Shown here: positions 47,903 to 61,907 of the stretch, in pieces
Numbering within the stretch: position 1 is the first letter of the stretch
Layout of the letters: each line of letters starts with the position of its first letter
Assembly: GCF_000150275.1 (NCBI RefSeq)
Contig: NW_002060947.1
Coordinates: forward strand, 1,023,642-1,087,641
Direction of reading: 5' to 3'
DNA: 64,000 nt
Source: Trichoplax adhaerens
Taxonomy: Eukaryota; Animalia; Placozoa
Translations under genes and position numbers: made by a program
The notes under the pieces: generated by a model
Told to the model about the DNA's origin: nothing
What the model saw: the letters and a program-made list of their open reading frames with translations, nothing else
The model's database searches: none

Positions 47903-50900
47903 ATGGCGGAGCTAAGGCATCAAGGCAAAGTTGCTGTTATAACTGGTGCTACAGAAGGGTAATCAGTGACTGATTGTTAAAGTTTTAGCCATTGCTATCT
48001 GGCTGTTGTAATTTCAAAATATGCAGTCGATCACTTGTTGCTATCGCCTATGTCGGACTGCAGACTAGTTGCATATCTTTGCATGCAAGCCGTAGTGGTA
48101 GTGTTTTGCAAATAGCACAACTTGCATTTCTTGTTCAGTTCCACCGAAGGATAGCAACGAGTTGGTTTTACTGAATGATAGCAACGAGTTAGTTCCACTA
48201 TCTGTTATGCACTCGATTACTTGTTGCTATCGCCTATGTCGGACTGCAGACTAGTTGCATACCTTTGCATGCAAGCCATAGTGGTAGTGTTTTGCAAATA
48301 GCACAACTTGCATTTCTTGTTCAGTTCCACTGAATGATAGCAACGAGTTAGTTTTACTGAATGATAGCAACGAGTTAGTTTTACTGAATGATAGCAACGA
48401 GTTGATTTTACTGACTGATAGCAACGAGTTAGTTCCACTATCTGTTATGCACTCGATTACTTGTTGCTATCGCCTATGCCAGACTGCAGACTAGTTGCAT
48501 ACCTTTGCATGCAAGCCATAGTGGTAGTGTTTTGCAAATAGCACAACTTGCATTTCTTGTTCAGTTCCACTGAATGATAGCAACGAGTTGGTTTTACTGA
48601 ATGATAGCAACGAGTTAGTTTTACTGAATGATAGCAACGAGTTAGTTCCACTATCTGTTATGCACTCGATTACTTGTTGCTATCGCCTATGCCAGACTGC
48701 AGACTAGTTGCATACCTTTGCATGCAAGCCATATTGGTAGTGTTTTGCAAATAGCACAACTTGCATTTCTTGTTCAGTTCCACTGAATGATAGCAACGAG
48801 TTGGTTTTACTGCATGATAGCAACGAGTTGGTTTTACTGAATGATAGCAACGAGTTAGTTTTACTGAATGATAGCAACGAGTTAGTTCCACAGAATGATA
48901 GCAACAAGTTAGTTCCACTATCTGTTATGCACTCGATTACTTGTTGCTATCGCCTATGCCAGACTGCAGACTAGTTGCATACCTTTGCATGCAAACCAAA
49001 GTGGTAGCGTTTTGCAACAGCCGTATAGTTAACTCCTTTAGATATTTCAAAGACGACAGAGAACTTTATCCATCGTATTGATTAAGCTGCTCTTATACCA
49101 CTTGAAAAATGCTCTTTAATGAACCAATTAATACGCTATGAATGCTAATCTAGCTCACACACTATGCTGTGTGAATAAGATTACTGTCTACACATTCATA
49201 TCTATCACTCATTAAGGAAGCAGTTTATCATGTTTGATCGTTATATTAGTTAGTATTGGTTATTTAAAGCCTGTATGCATACCTTTGCATGGAGGTTATT
49301 ATAGTACTATAGTCAAAATAATATATCAGGACTTGCATTTCTTGCTAACTTCCACTTGATTACATAATTAAGTTTTCTTACTAAATTGTACGTGAATAGA
49401 CACTCACAAAGTCTTACAATTTATCTGCAATTAGGATCTATTTTGACAGTGTACTACAGCCGTATAGTATACTCCTGTAGATATTATAAGGATGACAAGA
49501 ACCCTATGCATTGTACTGATTAAGCTGTTCTTGTATCGCTTCGAAATGTTCTTTAATTTTGGTTAATAACGTGCTGATATCGTTCCAAATGATATATCAA
49601 GACTTGCATTTTCGTTATATTCCACTTAATTACATGAATGAACTTTCTTACCAAATCGTTCATGAGTAGACAGACACTCGTAGAGTCTTACAATCTAATC
49701 GATAAATACGATCGACAGTATTTTGAGGATGTACTGTAGCATATAGTTACTCCTATAGTCTTTTAGAAGGACGATAAAAACCTTAATCATCGCGTTGATT
49801 AAGCTACTATTGTATCGCTTTATAATGCTCTTGGATATGTTATTTAATATTGAAAACAGTTATCATTTCTTGTCATTATTTTGTTTAGCATTGGTTATGC
49901 AATTGCTGAACGTTTAGGGAAAGAAGGCGCTAAAGTGGTTATAAGTAGCAGGAAGCAAAAAAATGTCGATCAAGCTGTTAACAATTTGCGTAGTCAAGGT
50001 ATCGAAGTCTTAGGTCGTATTTGTCATGTGGGTAAACGAGAACATCGAGAAGCCGTCATTGAAGATGTAAGCTTTAGCATGCTGCTAGATACAACCAATT
50101 GATTTGTTACCATTATTGCACTTATAGCAGCATGAAGTTATTCTTTAAATTAATTGACAATCCTATAGGTAAAACTACTCAAGATTGATACGTGCTATAG
50201 TAAGATCAGAATCTTTGTAAAGTAAAAATAGTATCAATTTCTTTCTATAAAGGCGGTATCAAATTATGGTGGCATTGATATCTTGGTTTCTAACGCGGCT
50301 GTCAATCCAATTTATGGACGTATGCTAAAAGTAAGAATAACTTGGATCGTTTAATGAGCGCCGTATTATAAGCGTGTCTATAATTTCACTTGTTAGGCGT
50401 GCCAAATTTTGGCAACTTTTAGCTCATGAAAAGATTTCTCTTCTTAAATTGTTTAGGTTACTACTGAAGGAGTATGGGATAAGGTAATTAGTTTTTGCAT
50501 TAATTATGGTTTCGATCGTAGTTATTGTTTGTGTAAGACTAAGGTAGTATATCGTTTAGCAACAGTCAACTGCAGTTCTAGCTTGCTTAGCCATAAAGAA
50601 TAATTTGCTACTGTAATAGGGGCCCAATTAATATTATCACAGTGACAACTGAATCTTAGCTTAAATATTTTTTTACAGATATTTGATGTCAACGTTAAGG
50701 CTTCGTTCTTTCTAATAAAATCGGCTCTACCTTACATGAAGAATCGCAGGTAAATTTTTACACTGCCTGATTGATTCTCTAATATGATTTTAATCATTGC
50801 TTACGTTTTGTTCATAGTTAGCGGTTCCTTAATCATGATCTGAATAATAATTTACTCGGTGTCTTTTAGATATTCTAAATACTAATAAGCTGCTTTTGAT

Positions 50901-51568
50901 TTTATCCTACATAGCGGGGCTTCCATTACGCTAATTTCATCCATTAGCGGCTACTCACCGGATAATGTGAGTTTGCTATAGATTGTAGGCCTTCATGTAT
51001 GTAAAGTAAGGCATACCTATTCTACCACCTTACTAGACTAATGTAAACTACACTTACTATATTTGAAGCTTTTTGGAGTTTATTGCGTAAGTAAAACCGC
51101 AATGTTAGGACTTGCCAAGAATTTAGCCTTAGAATTGGCTAAATATGGTATAAGAGTTAATTGCTTGTCTCCTGGATTGATTAAAACCCAATTAAGTAAA
51201 CAGGTTAAGTGATCGTTTTAATAAATTTAAGATTGAATTCCGTATCATTGTTGTTGGCTGAATTAAATTCTGTTGTTGTGTCTTCTTTTAGCTTTGGGAT
51301 GGGCGTGGAGAAACATATATAAAGTCCAATATACCGTTAAGAAAGTAATGCCTCCTAAATCATGTTTCTAAATGATATTAATATTATCCGTCTACTTATA
51401 TTATAGTAGTGTCTAAGAACGATAGCAATACCTAACATTTCGTTTATATTTAGGTATGGCTTGCCGGAAGATTGTGGCAAAATTGTATCATTTTTAGCCT
51501 CAAAGGATGCAGCATTTATTACAGGCGAAAGTATTGTAGCTTCTGGTGGTCAAGTGTCGAGGCTGTAG
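47903..51568 (+). CDS. DHRS4: Peroxisomal short-chain dehydrogenase/reductase DHRS4-like, 9 exons
   Basis: GKVAVITGATEGIGYAIAERL..VVISSRKQKNVD; GGIDILVSNAAVNP; catalytic YCVSK; GIRVNCLSPGLIKT; FITGESIVASGG; C-terminal SRL* (PTS1). Confidence 0.95.
48028..49017. repeat. Nested tandem array in DHRS4 intron 1: 132-bp core plus 2/4/3/5 copies of a 27-bp subunit
   Basis: Units start at 48028, 48214, 48454, 48667 and 48934 (lengths 186, 240, 213, 267 = 132 + n x 27). The subunit is ACTGAATGATAGCAACGAGTTAGTTTT. Confidence 0.95.
49018..49830. repeat. Older, diverged three-copy duplication in DHRS4 intron 1
   Basis: CGTATAGT..ACTCCT.TAG...TGATTAAGCT...TATC(G/C)CTT recurs at ~49018, ~49457 and ~49737. 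ACTTGCATTT..TTCCACT, shared with the young array, recurs at ~49331 and ~49602. Confidence 0.8.
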
Positions 51569-54500
51569 AATATCTAGTTTTGAATATTAGTTCTAGCCTC
51601 TTATTGCTACTGTCATGTTAAGATAATACTGTACAGGTTTAATCATGAAACTATATCCCCATTATATTAATGATACTTTGCCGATAAACTGTACTACTGT
51701 ATACTACTATAAAATGAGTATTAATATGGTAATGGCATTGTATCAGTATACTATAACTACATCTACAATGTACTAGTAACTGATTGTTAGATTGTAGACT
51801 AGCAACTATACTTCCAGGAAACTATCTCTCTTTATTAATTCTTCCAATGTCTTATATATCTATTCTTATCTGATACGCAACCAAACTCGTACCGTACAGT
51901 AACCGATAAGAATGAATTTAAAGAATTATGTAATAAGATAATAGGATGCGCTAGTAATAACATAACATAAATCCGTAACACTGATCATTCAGAGTTATCA
52001 ACACGGCAAAACATATCAGTGTATATATATATATATATTATCAAGGTCGAACATATATCTGCCAAAAATTCAATTATTGTGGAATGTGATGAGAGCTATT
52101 ATTTCTCTGTTAATTACACCATCATAAAAGGCAGTTTGATATCATTTCAGCGTATTAAATTTATTATACTTATAAACAAATTTTCCAATCGTTCTTCGCC
52201 TGACTTATCAGCAAATTAAATTGATTACAGTATATAGATCATCTCGTTTGTAGATTGGTCACATATTATTTCGCTTTGGAGTTGATCTATCAGATCTTGA
52301 GGCAGTTCGACTAGGAGTCGGACCGTAAGGATAACAAATAACCGTCTATAAATAAGGAGACTTGCGGAAAAAGCTGATAAATTGAGATGCGTATAAGAGC
52401 TAGTTCAATAACTTTTCTTAAGCGTAAGGTTGCAGTGCTAATCATACACAACACATTTTTCTATAATAAGCGTATGTACACCAAGGCCATTTATGTAAAA
52501 ATTGTAAGTAGTCACAAAGCAGTTAATGTGATCATAATGCTGCTTAATTAATACTTAACGAAAGCTGCGAAAATCAAAAAAGCTCAGTTTGACTCAGTAT
52601 TAAGATGGAAGCTTATTCTATTAGATTACATCAGAGAATTAATCGGAAAATAAGAACCATCTCCGTATAAACAAATTCGATTCCGTAATTAATGAATGAT
52701 CTATCGTTGACGTTAATTTAAGCCCTGGATCATCATCATACTATGTGCAATCGCATGATATTACATCAATCGGTTTATAACTGGCATGTCTAAGTATTAC
52801 TGCAACTGTTTTCCATTTAGCTGATAATTAATGAGTCATTCTTGTCAAGTCGCTAATTATTGTAAATATACAATCATGTAATAAACCTAGATCAAGCGTA
52901 TGAATAGCTAGGATAGTTTCGACTAGAAAGATGTGGTGGTATAGAAAAACTCAAATCTATCCATTTAACTATTTTCCGTTTGGTGGTGGGCCAAAAATTG
53001 TATAGGTAATCGATTAGGATTGCTAGAGCTTAAATTAGCTATTGTCATGATATTATAGAAAGTTGAATTGGCCAATACACAAGAAATAGAAATTCCATTA
53101 AAATTGAAATCGTCTGCAACTTCATCTTTTAATAATGGAATAGAACTAGGAGTTAAGAACAGATGTTAAAATATTCAGATTTTAATAAGTGATAGTTAGA
53201 CCTCATTAATACGAGTACGTGTGCACTGTGTATTGCCAGATCTGTCAATATTCATATATGGGTAAGGTTCCAATCACTATTGACTAACTTTTGAGTAATC
53301 ATTGAAATTGTACATATATAGATACTGAGAGGAACATATCTAGTTGCATACGTACGAGTATCTTACACTGGTAGTGATCGATCATCTTGATAATGTTCCG
53401 GTTGTTATAAAGTTACAAAATTTCTAACGCAACTATAAGATGTTTAATTGCTATAAACTAACTTTATTCTTTCGTAACAAGCTACGAGTTTGAGTTGTCA
53501 ACATTTTAAATAGCGATTTGAGATGTAGCTTGTCTTATGATTTACTAGTATGTTTTCTACTAAGGAAGGCTTAAGCCTATACTGCATTGAAATAAATTTA
53601 TCTTTAAATTAAATCACTTATTCTAGCTAGCTAGCCATTATTTGAACGATCTTCGGTTATGTCGAGATATCTTTGCATAGAAGTATGACGCAGTCCTAAT
53701 TTAATACTGTGACGGAGCTCGCTCCGATATGAATAATATTTTGATCTAATATGTGTAATAATATTATGGAGGTTGCCGATCTCGGCAACAACCTAGTTGT
53801 TAATTGAGTTTTGTTATTAATTATCGTAGTAATATACAGCGTGGATATGGTGTTAGCAATTGAAATGTCAAGCTGTGAAGATTATGATGTTAGTTAATAA
53901 GGTGCTAATTAATAATATTAATTTGTGGCAAGTAATATGTAACACTCGAGCTAGTCGAATCTATAGTAAGCCCTGTATTACACATCCTATAATTTAATGT
54001 GAATGATTAGCACCGATCTTATTTGTGTGACATATGAAGTTGTATATAAGCTTGATCATTACTTCTTAATCTGAGTTCCACTGAGGCTAACGTAGGGTAC
54101 ACTGGTACAAGCGTTAGCAAGCTAGCAATAAAGATCTTTATTAACCTAAACCTATCGTTTTGATTTGATTACTATAGTATAGGAATAAGTTAGTTTTCCC
54201 TTACTGAGGATCTCCGGAGTTGGAGAACCATAGGAGTAGATAGACTACTTTAGGTACGTTCACAATAGCTGTTTTGTGATAAATACTAACTTTAAATATT
54301 TTAAAAATAAACTAATTATAATATGTCAAGATCTGTGCCTAAAAGATTCCGGCTTAATTAACTACGTCTTTTGTCTATATCTATCTGTTTAGCTTTTAAT
54401 TTCATACGCTGTATTCAGATATATCATTTTGATAACAATTATATTTTTCTACCAAAAAATGACAATCACTATTTACTCGACACTAATAATCATATAGCGG

Positions 54501-55172
54501 GCTATATTGAGAGCGATTGAGCATTATGATTAACATTGCAGCTTATCATACAAATATCTGCAATTGAAATTTATTTTGGGTCAAGATATTGTATTAAATC
54601 ATCACCAAGTGTTGTGCCTTATAGAAACTTCGAGTATATAACAAATATAAAAATTTTGTGATAATTGTATTGTTAGCAACTATAGCAGAATTTAATCAAT
54701 TTATTTTTGTTTCAGGCATATCCCAATGCCTTTACAAAATTGATGTTACAGTAACTAAATTTTATAACAGTCTCATATGTTCAGTGTCTTAATAAAAGCC
54801 GATTTTTTCTATTAATTGCGAATAATTATATTCCAACTTAGAGGAGTTAAATATACGAGTAGACTGTATCTAATGATTACCAATAATATACACGTATAAT
54901 ACCGTGCCATTATTTTACCCATAATATTTACTACCTGCACTCTAACCATATTTAATAAATTCTATATTTAATTTGCAAAAAATCTTTAGTTCCACCATTT
55001 AGCTGACAGAGAATAAATTATGAATTGCAAGTTCTAATGAGGGTAATAAAATGGCACTAATTTACGAACAAGAACTTGCTACATAAAGCTTTAATTTCAT
55101 ATTGAATATATGCTTTTTAGAAGATTTAAAAGCATAGACAGGATCAGTTCTACGGCTAATCAAGGCATTCCG

Positions 55173-58100
55173 TCAATTTGAAGCGGTATTCTCCTAAATC
55201 AAGAAATAGACTTTGATGATTATTACTTACAGATTTTTGTTGAATGAAATAAATTGTACCCTACCCTAGGTACTACTGTAGAAATCTAAATTGCTACTTT
55301 TATAATACGCGTATTAGTATTGCTAAAAAATTTCTTAAGAAAGCCAATAACTAGATTTTGAAAACTGCTATTAACGATAAGGGACTTAAATTAAAAGTTG
55401 TAGTAAATTTATTTAATAACTTTGATAATCAATCAAGAAAAACCTATAATTATACCTCAGTGATATCATTTTCGCCTTTGTCATGGTTTTTACCACTAGC
55501 TGTAGCAGATTTACTCTTTTGTACATTGAGCAATGCTCGCCTACGTTTAGATAAGTTTTCAATTCAAATTTTAATGCACAGCATATAAGAAAATCGATGA
55601 AAAATATTTAACAACATCTCATATTAACATCAAATTAAGTTCACAAGTTTTATTATTATTAAGCACTATCTGCTAATTAACTATAGCACTTAAAATAGAG
55701 TAGTCTATAATTAACAATGTTCTGTCTGATCCCATACTCTTTCATTTTTCGCTGCCTTTTAACTAGTTTAATATCAAGATTTTCTTTTGATCTTCCATTC
55801 TGTTAATAATAAAAGGTAACAACTCAAATAAATCTAAGTTCAATTACTTCATTGAATAATGATTTTTAGGTTAAAATTTTACTCTTGAAGTGAGACTATT
55901 TTAGCTCAGGCTATTGCTGCATTTTAATCAGACATATTAAATGTTTTGTAAGACAAGAACTGATTGAATTTCTTCGAAATCTACTTACGCTGTAGTCTGC
56001 TAAGAATACATTCCTAAAACCGAATATAATGGCTATGAATAATCCCTAATTCAGAAAAAATCATTATTATACTTCGATATGTTATAAAAAAAATTTGAAG
56101 ACTATACCTTCATGTAAAACTAACATGTTAAATAGGTAAATTTTTGTTACCTGCAACAAAATGCATATCGCAAAAATGTATTGCGCGACCAAAGAATCCA
56201 ATGTGGTANAGATCAGAAAACATATCCACACAGGAAATGAAAATGCAAATAATATTATTCCATTTTCGGTTTCTTGTCTACGAATTTAGAAGCACAATGA
56301 GTTGCAGAATCTGAAATAGTGTGTTGGCTTTGTAGCAATAATTAAAAATTTGAAAGATCTATCGTCCTATAAAGATTAAATTTTTATACTTTATGTCTAC
56401 TATTCTTAAGTAGAGAATGTGCACTTTTTAATTTATAGTCAACACTATCCAAACTAACCTAACCGTATTGAAATACCGATCGTTGTCTTTCTTCGTAGTA
56501 ATTGGCCTGTTTTTAATCTTGATATAGGAGCAGGCGATTAAAACACAATTTCCCTGTCCAATTCGAATGTCGAAAAAATAAATGTTAATACTTCATATTC
56601 TGAAACAGATACTACAAATTAACTTTCAAGCAACTTATACCAATTTTATCGCAGTTGACTGACTTTATGGTTGCAAGTAGAAGCAGTAAAATATAGATAC
56701 TAATTCACTATTATGATGTAACTAAGATGTAACTAACCAAGCCTAATACGAGGAGCGGCACAAAGCACGTCAAGAGAATTGGTGGATCATTGCTCAACCA
56801 GCAGCTGCAATGAAATATAATCAGTGAAGTATTAAAGAATTATCCATATTTCAGCATGTTAGTTTTATTAGCCAATATTTAGTATTTCTGCACTATATCA
56901 TATATTTGTTTGCGATTATGAAATGTCTATTTAGAATTTATCATCAAGACTAGAAAAGATACAATACCCATATAGCAACTTTTCAATGGCTAATTAAATA
57001 CTACCGGTTATATATTTCAAGAAAAATAATTGAAATTTTCTCAAATAAATGAATCGTATTATGTTAATACTATTTTAATTAAGAATAAATTAACTTACGC
57101 TGTAGGATCTCTGTCTATGTAATCATCAAAGCTCGTCCCCAATATAGTAATTATAGCCGTTAAAAAGGAAATTGAAAACGGTATGCCTGAAACGTTTGTA
57201 ACAATTATGTAATCAGTAAAAATTAACCTTTGATATCTTTACTGTAGAGTGTACAAATTTAAAGTAGATTTATGGGTGGTTTAAGCGTAGGAAATTATTT
57301 CAACGTAGTAAAAGTAGCTTTAGATCTATTTTAACGGCTTACCTATGGATAAAATAGCGTATATTTTAAAATTATTTTTGACTCGATTTCCTTTTGCTAG
57401 CATATATAAAATATGCAGATTGCGGCTTATCATCCACATTAGGGCTGCTAGTATAGTATAATGCAGCAAGATAGCAGTAAATCCGCAGAAAAACTGTAAC
57501 AATGTAAAAGATCGAATTAGTACTACACAAATATAGTTTTATTTTTCATTAAAATAGTGATGGTTAACAGCATTTTGAGAAATACAATTTCATACGACTA
57601 AAAATATTGGCAGTAGCCGTGAGAGAAACCGGAAAATGACTTATAAATATTAGTTGGATTGTCCGAAGGAAGAAAAGTTTACTATCTAGAAGTATTAATC
57701 TGAATTTGATAAATTACTTAGTGCTTAGTGTATTCACTATGGAAGTGTGCCTATCCACATTGAAAGAATGAAAGTCTTATAAAAATCTAAAGACTTCGAT
57801 TCGTTAACTTTATGGTAAAATTAAGGCAAACAATGAATACTGAAGCATTATAGCATTCAGTCCAGATTAATATAGATACAGTTGTTTACAATTGTAACTT
57901 CAATTTGGCTCTTATTTTTTATTAAATTATGTTAGATTTTATTTATGAATTCTAGAATGTATTAATTATATTTCAGTGGGCAGATGACGTAACATAGATT
58001 AATATTTATTTGTATATGTAGAATTTGATACAAATAATTGAGAGTTGTACATAAAAACTCGTGTGTGATTTCGGTCTTAATCTGGCTTAACTACAGCCAA

Positions 58101-61100
58101 AATTAAAGTTTAGCAGAATAGAATAACAAACTAGAATATGAAGCATATTTTGATCAAGCTTGTATAGTTGTAAAATATTCCAAAATTAAAAACTAACCTC
58201 AGACTCTGTAGAGGCCAATCCAGAAAGTAAACTTATATCCGTGACAAATATGGAGATAAACATTTGCAGATTAATGTGGGAAAGTGTTCCTTTTACGAGT
58301 CTAAAAAAATTATTGAATCATTATCGGTTCGAATCGTGGATTAAGGGACATACCCATACATTAAAAATATCTTTGTGTAGTATATTAAAGGAAAATATTA
58401 ATACTATTATCCTGGTTATAAAGTGGGTATTTTATAGCTACCAAAAATTTTCTGCTAAACACTAGGCAAAGATTATTTCATTATACCGAATATACTAACA
58501 CTTAAGTGAAATTTGATATGCTTGGTTATGAAAAATATGCGTATACCTACTTATGAAATTAATAGTTTCTGTACTGCGTCGAATAATACTGTACCGTAAC
58601 TAATATAGTTTAAATAATTCATTCTTACATACAAGGATTTGGATAAGTATTGCTAATTAGGAAGTAATATGAGCGTTAAAGGATTAATCAAAGACGAGAA
58701 AAATTAGCCGTTACTAGAATAGGAATTTAATGAAAGTTCTTTTTATAAATTAATTCACGGGATACCCGATATAGTCACGGAAGATTACTATCAGGCTATC
58801 AATGTTCTTTCATGCCTACATATCTTAACTAAAATATAGCTAGTGGCGAATTTTTTAAATGATAGTAAAGTTGTTCGATTTTTAATATTTACTCATTTAA
58901 AATAAGCAATTAAAATAGTTCATATTTTATCTTATCATTGTTACTTACTGCCAATAAGTTACATGAATTAGTACAGTAGCAGCAATGCAAATAACCGATA
59001 GCACACAAGCCACAACAAGGAATGGTTGAAGTTTAATAATCTTGGCCTATAGTAACAACATATGCATGTGTAATTATATTATCAATTAGTAGAAGATATT
59101 ATTGTCATTTATTACATCGAATATTGTATTTAGGTACATTAATGGCATAATTACTGCAAGATCGAATAATTTACTTATCTGCATTTGCATTTATGTTGAG
59201 ATGCAGGATATAAATTTCTAATCTCCTCAATTACTTAAGAGAACTACGTAAGTCACACGAACTCGGTGGTTTATCATCTATAAACTTACAGGAACTATCA
59301 GCATCAAAGCCGCAATTGTTCCCGTATGATTACAAATACAGGTGCCATGGGTTATATTACTGCTTACAGACAATCCGCAGCCATTTAGCGCCCATCCACA
59401 TGTTCTGTGTTAATTAACGTAAAATGAGTGGAATGACATTGAATATTACATGATGATCGCATAGAATAATTATGACAACTGTGAGTGATATTATAATTTA
59501 AGTAATCGTGAATTTAATTTGTATAGGCTAATAAGACTATATTTCTAATAATACAATAATAGGTTCACTTTATACATTAAAAGAGATTGAAATTTCAAAC
59601 TAAGAATTTATGTTACATAATTATTACTTTGAATTTGACTTCCAGTACGCGCACACACTTTTAATTGAGAAGTTTCTGTAGCGTATTACGGGCTGAAATA
59701 TAAAATATATAGAGCTAAATTATTAGCTAGGTAATCATCAAGATGTTAGATAGCAATATTTATTTTAGAATGATTACAAAAATTTTGAGTTACTACAGAA
59801 AGATTACTAGCAAAGTATACTATTAAATTTTAAATTTAATTTTATGACAGCTCACATAATTGTAAACAAAGTCGATTTCAATTGGATTTGACAGGTTGTT
59901 AGAAGATCTTTGATGCAATGCGGTGGTAATAATGTGGGTATTTACAATAATTTTCTCATGGGCAACTAGAAAGTTTCTGAAATTAAAGATACGATAACTA
60001 GGTTTAAATTTCATAAACAGCAGTAGAATTAACATAATCAAAGATTTCAGTTTTAAACGGCAGCAATTGGTGAAGTGATGAAAGATTATAAAATAAATTG
60101 ATTTATTTTTCTTTATCAGTACAAATCCTATTTAAATAACCTTAGGAGAAATTAAATTTTATCATAATTATATTTTCTACTGTAACATATCGCACCCGTT
60201 TTAAGTAGTCGCGAAAATCATAATATCTATATATCACTTTCATGCTTATTAAGTCATGATACTGATACAGTGTCATTTGAGAATTTTACGAATGTTACTA
60301 ATATACTGTATCGACGGTCATAAAAAATAAATTACTTTCTTAAATTATAAATTAATCATCTGAATGAGTCTAATTAATTTGTGCTAGAGAACTTTCATAA
60401 AGATTCTATGAAATTATTTATATTTAATTTTACTAATTTATGCAATCAAATATGATACCTCCGTTAAGAAGATAATATGCGGAAAATAATCATGTAGATT
60501 ATACAAGGCGCTGTCAAGCTATCAATAAATGGAAACGTGAAACTTAACTTGGCTAAAGTCAATTGACAGAAAAAATTTAAGTTTAATTGAATGTGAGCAA
60601 ATTTCAAGCGCTAAAACTATTAAGTAATGCAATTGCTGTAACGTTGAAGAGCAAGAGCAATTCCCGTATATAATTAAGTAATAAGAGCTTGCTAGACTAA
60701 AATTATTAGTTAGAATTAGTTGATAATCTCTACAGGTAATTTTTAAATGTTATCAGACGGAATAAAACAAACAGTAATTTATGCTTTAAACTACTCACAT
60801 ATTACCAATCCGACTTGTTGGAATGGATTTATGAAGATTCAAATATGATATTGTAACCCACCTATTAATCACTTCATTGAAAAAAAACGATTAATTAGAA
60901 TCTCCTCAGGTAATTAAATATCTTGAAAAAAATATAGCCTAGGCAAAATAACTGTCTCTATGTTCTAATTAGACGCTCAGTAAAAGTCAAACTAGCATCT
61001 GAATAACCATATAAACATCGATATTGTAATCCTTGTTGTTTTTTATAAAAGTTATCTAAAATTATTACATATTATCTTATAATTTACGCGTATGTTAATG

Positions 61101-61716
61101 TGTTGCTATAACAAATCCGTTTTTCTTACTTGGTTCCTTTAAAATATCTTCCACTGGTAATCTTAACTTCGTTTTACTATCGAATTCAGTATCAGCCCAA
61201 GTAAGAAATTCTTGAGGAACCGTTGAAATATTAATTGCGTGTACTTTTATCGCTTCAAAAAAACCAATAAGGACACAATATCATATAATTTGTATAAAAA
61301 TATCAACTCGTGGAAGGCATTATTACAACAATTAATTTGAATTGAGCTAGTACAGTACAGATGGATCATTAAATATGTTATATTTATTATTGTAACATAT
61401 TGAGAATAGGTAGCTTACGAAAATATAACATAGCAGAACATTAAAGGATTAAAATTTGGGCATTTCAGTACAATCTTAAGACTATGATCTTAATAGTTCA
61501 TTTTCAAATATATATGGTACTTTTATTGAACGCATTCAAAAATAAGCGAGACATTTTTAAAATATCTGAAATTATTGAAAGAATGTAAAGCCAAATAATA
61601 CCTAAATTCTTGGTAGTATTTGCCATTGTACTGGAATTGGAATCTATTTCAACTTTGGAGGCGTACCGCTCCACAATTTCTAGTATTGATAGTCCGTTAG
61701 GTCGCTTGGGACAAAA
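55173..61716 (-). CDS. Adhesion GPCR (GAIN/GPS + secretin-like 7TM), 5'-incomplete
   Basis: GAIN-like exons (LEIVERYASK, VNTHIITTAL..NLSNPIEIDF, VCAYW) and a GPS exon (WALNGC..SNITHGTCICNHTGTIAALM). The 7TM has family-B motifs (CGFTAILLHYTILAALMWM, GIP, CWLS, QYIFAICILLQGLFI). C-tail exons and the stop at 55173 are inferred. The N-terminus is lost at the gap 61858-61907, and there is one N at 56209. Confidence 0.85.
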
Positions 61717-61857
61717 CTATATAAATGTTCATGTAGGGAAAAATGAATATAATTACAGCTGCTATTTTACAAAATTTAAGCTTCTATCCGAAACTTAAAA
61801 CCTAAATGATCGAAAAATAGTGATGATACTGAAAACTAATTGATAAACCTTATTTGA

Positions 61858-61907
61858 NNNNNNNNNNNNNNNNNNNNNNNNNNNNNNNNNNNNNNNNNNN
61901 NNNNNNN
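61858..61907. other. Assembly gap (50 N)
   Basis: Run of N; sequence character changes across it. Confidence 0.99.

Noticed and set aside
48028-49017. CRISPR-like array, snoRNA cluster, or ORFs with TRCYHSVKL repeats
   Set aside because: The sequence between repeats is identical rather than unique spacers, and it lies in a eukaryotic intron with no cas genes. CTGA/ATGATAG do not form a proper C/D box pair. The ORFs are by-products of 27- and 132-bp units, lack ATG starts and stop once per unit.
52280-54260. Scattered exon-like segments on both strands between DHRS4 and the GPCR
   Set aside because: I could not assemble a phase-consistent, recognisable protein.
58326-58340. GGTTCGAATC (tRNA T-loop/B-box-like)
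   Set aside because: No cloverleaf, acceptor stem or A-box around it.
55173-61716. cAMP-receptor-like or folate-sensing GPCR functionally linked to the folate receptor
   Set aside because: The receptor has GAIN/GPS features of adhesion GPCRs, and proximity in an animal genome implies no functional link.
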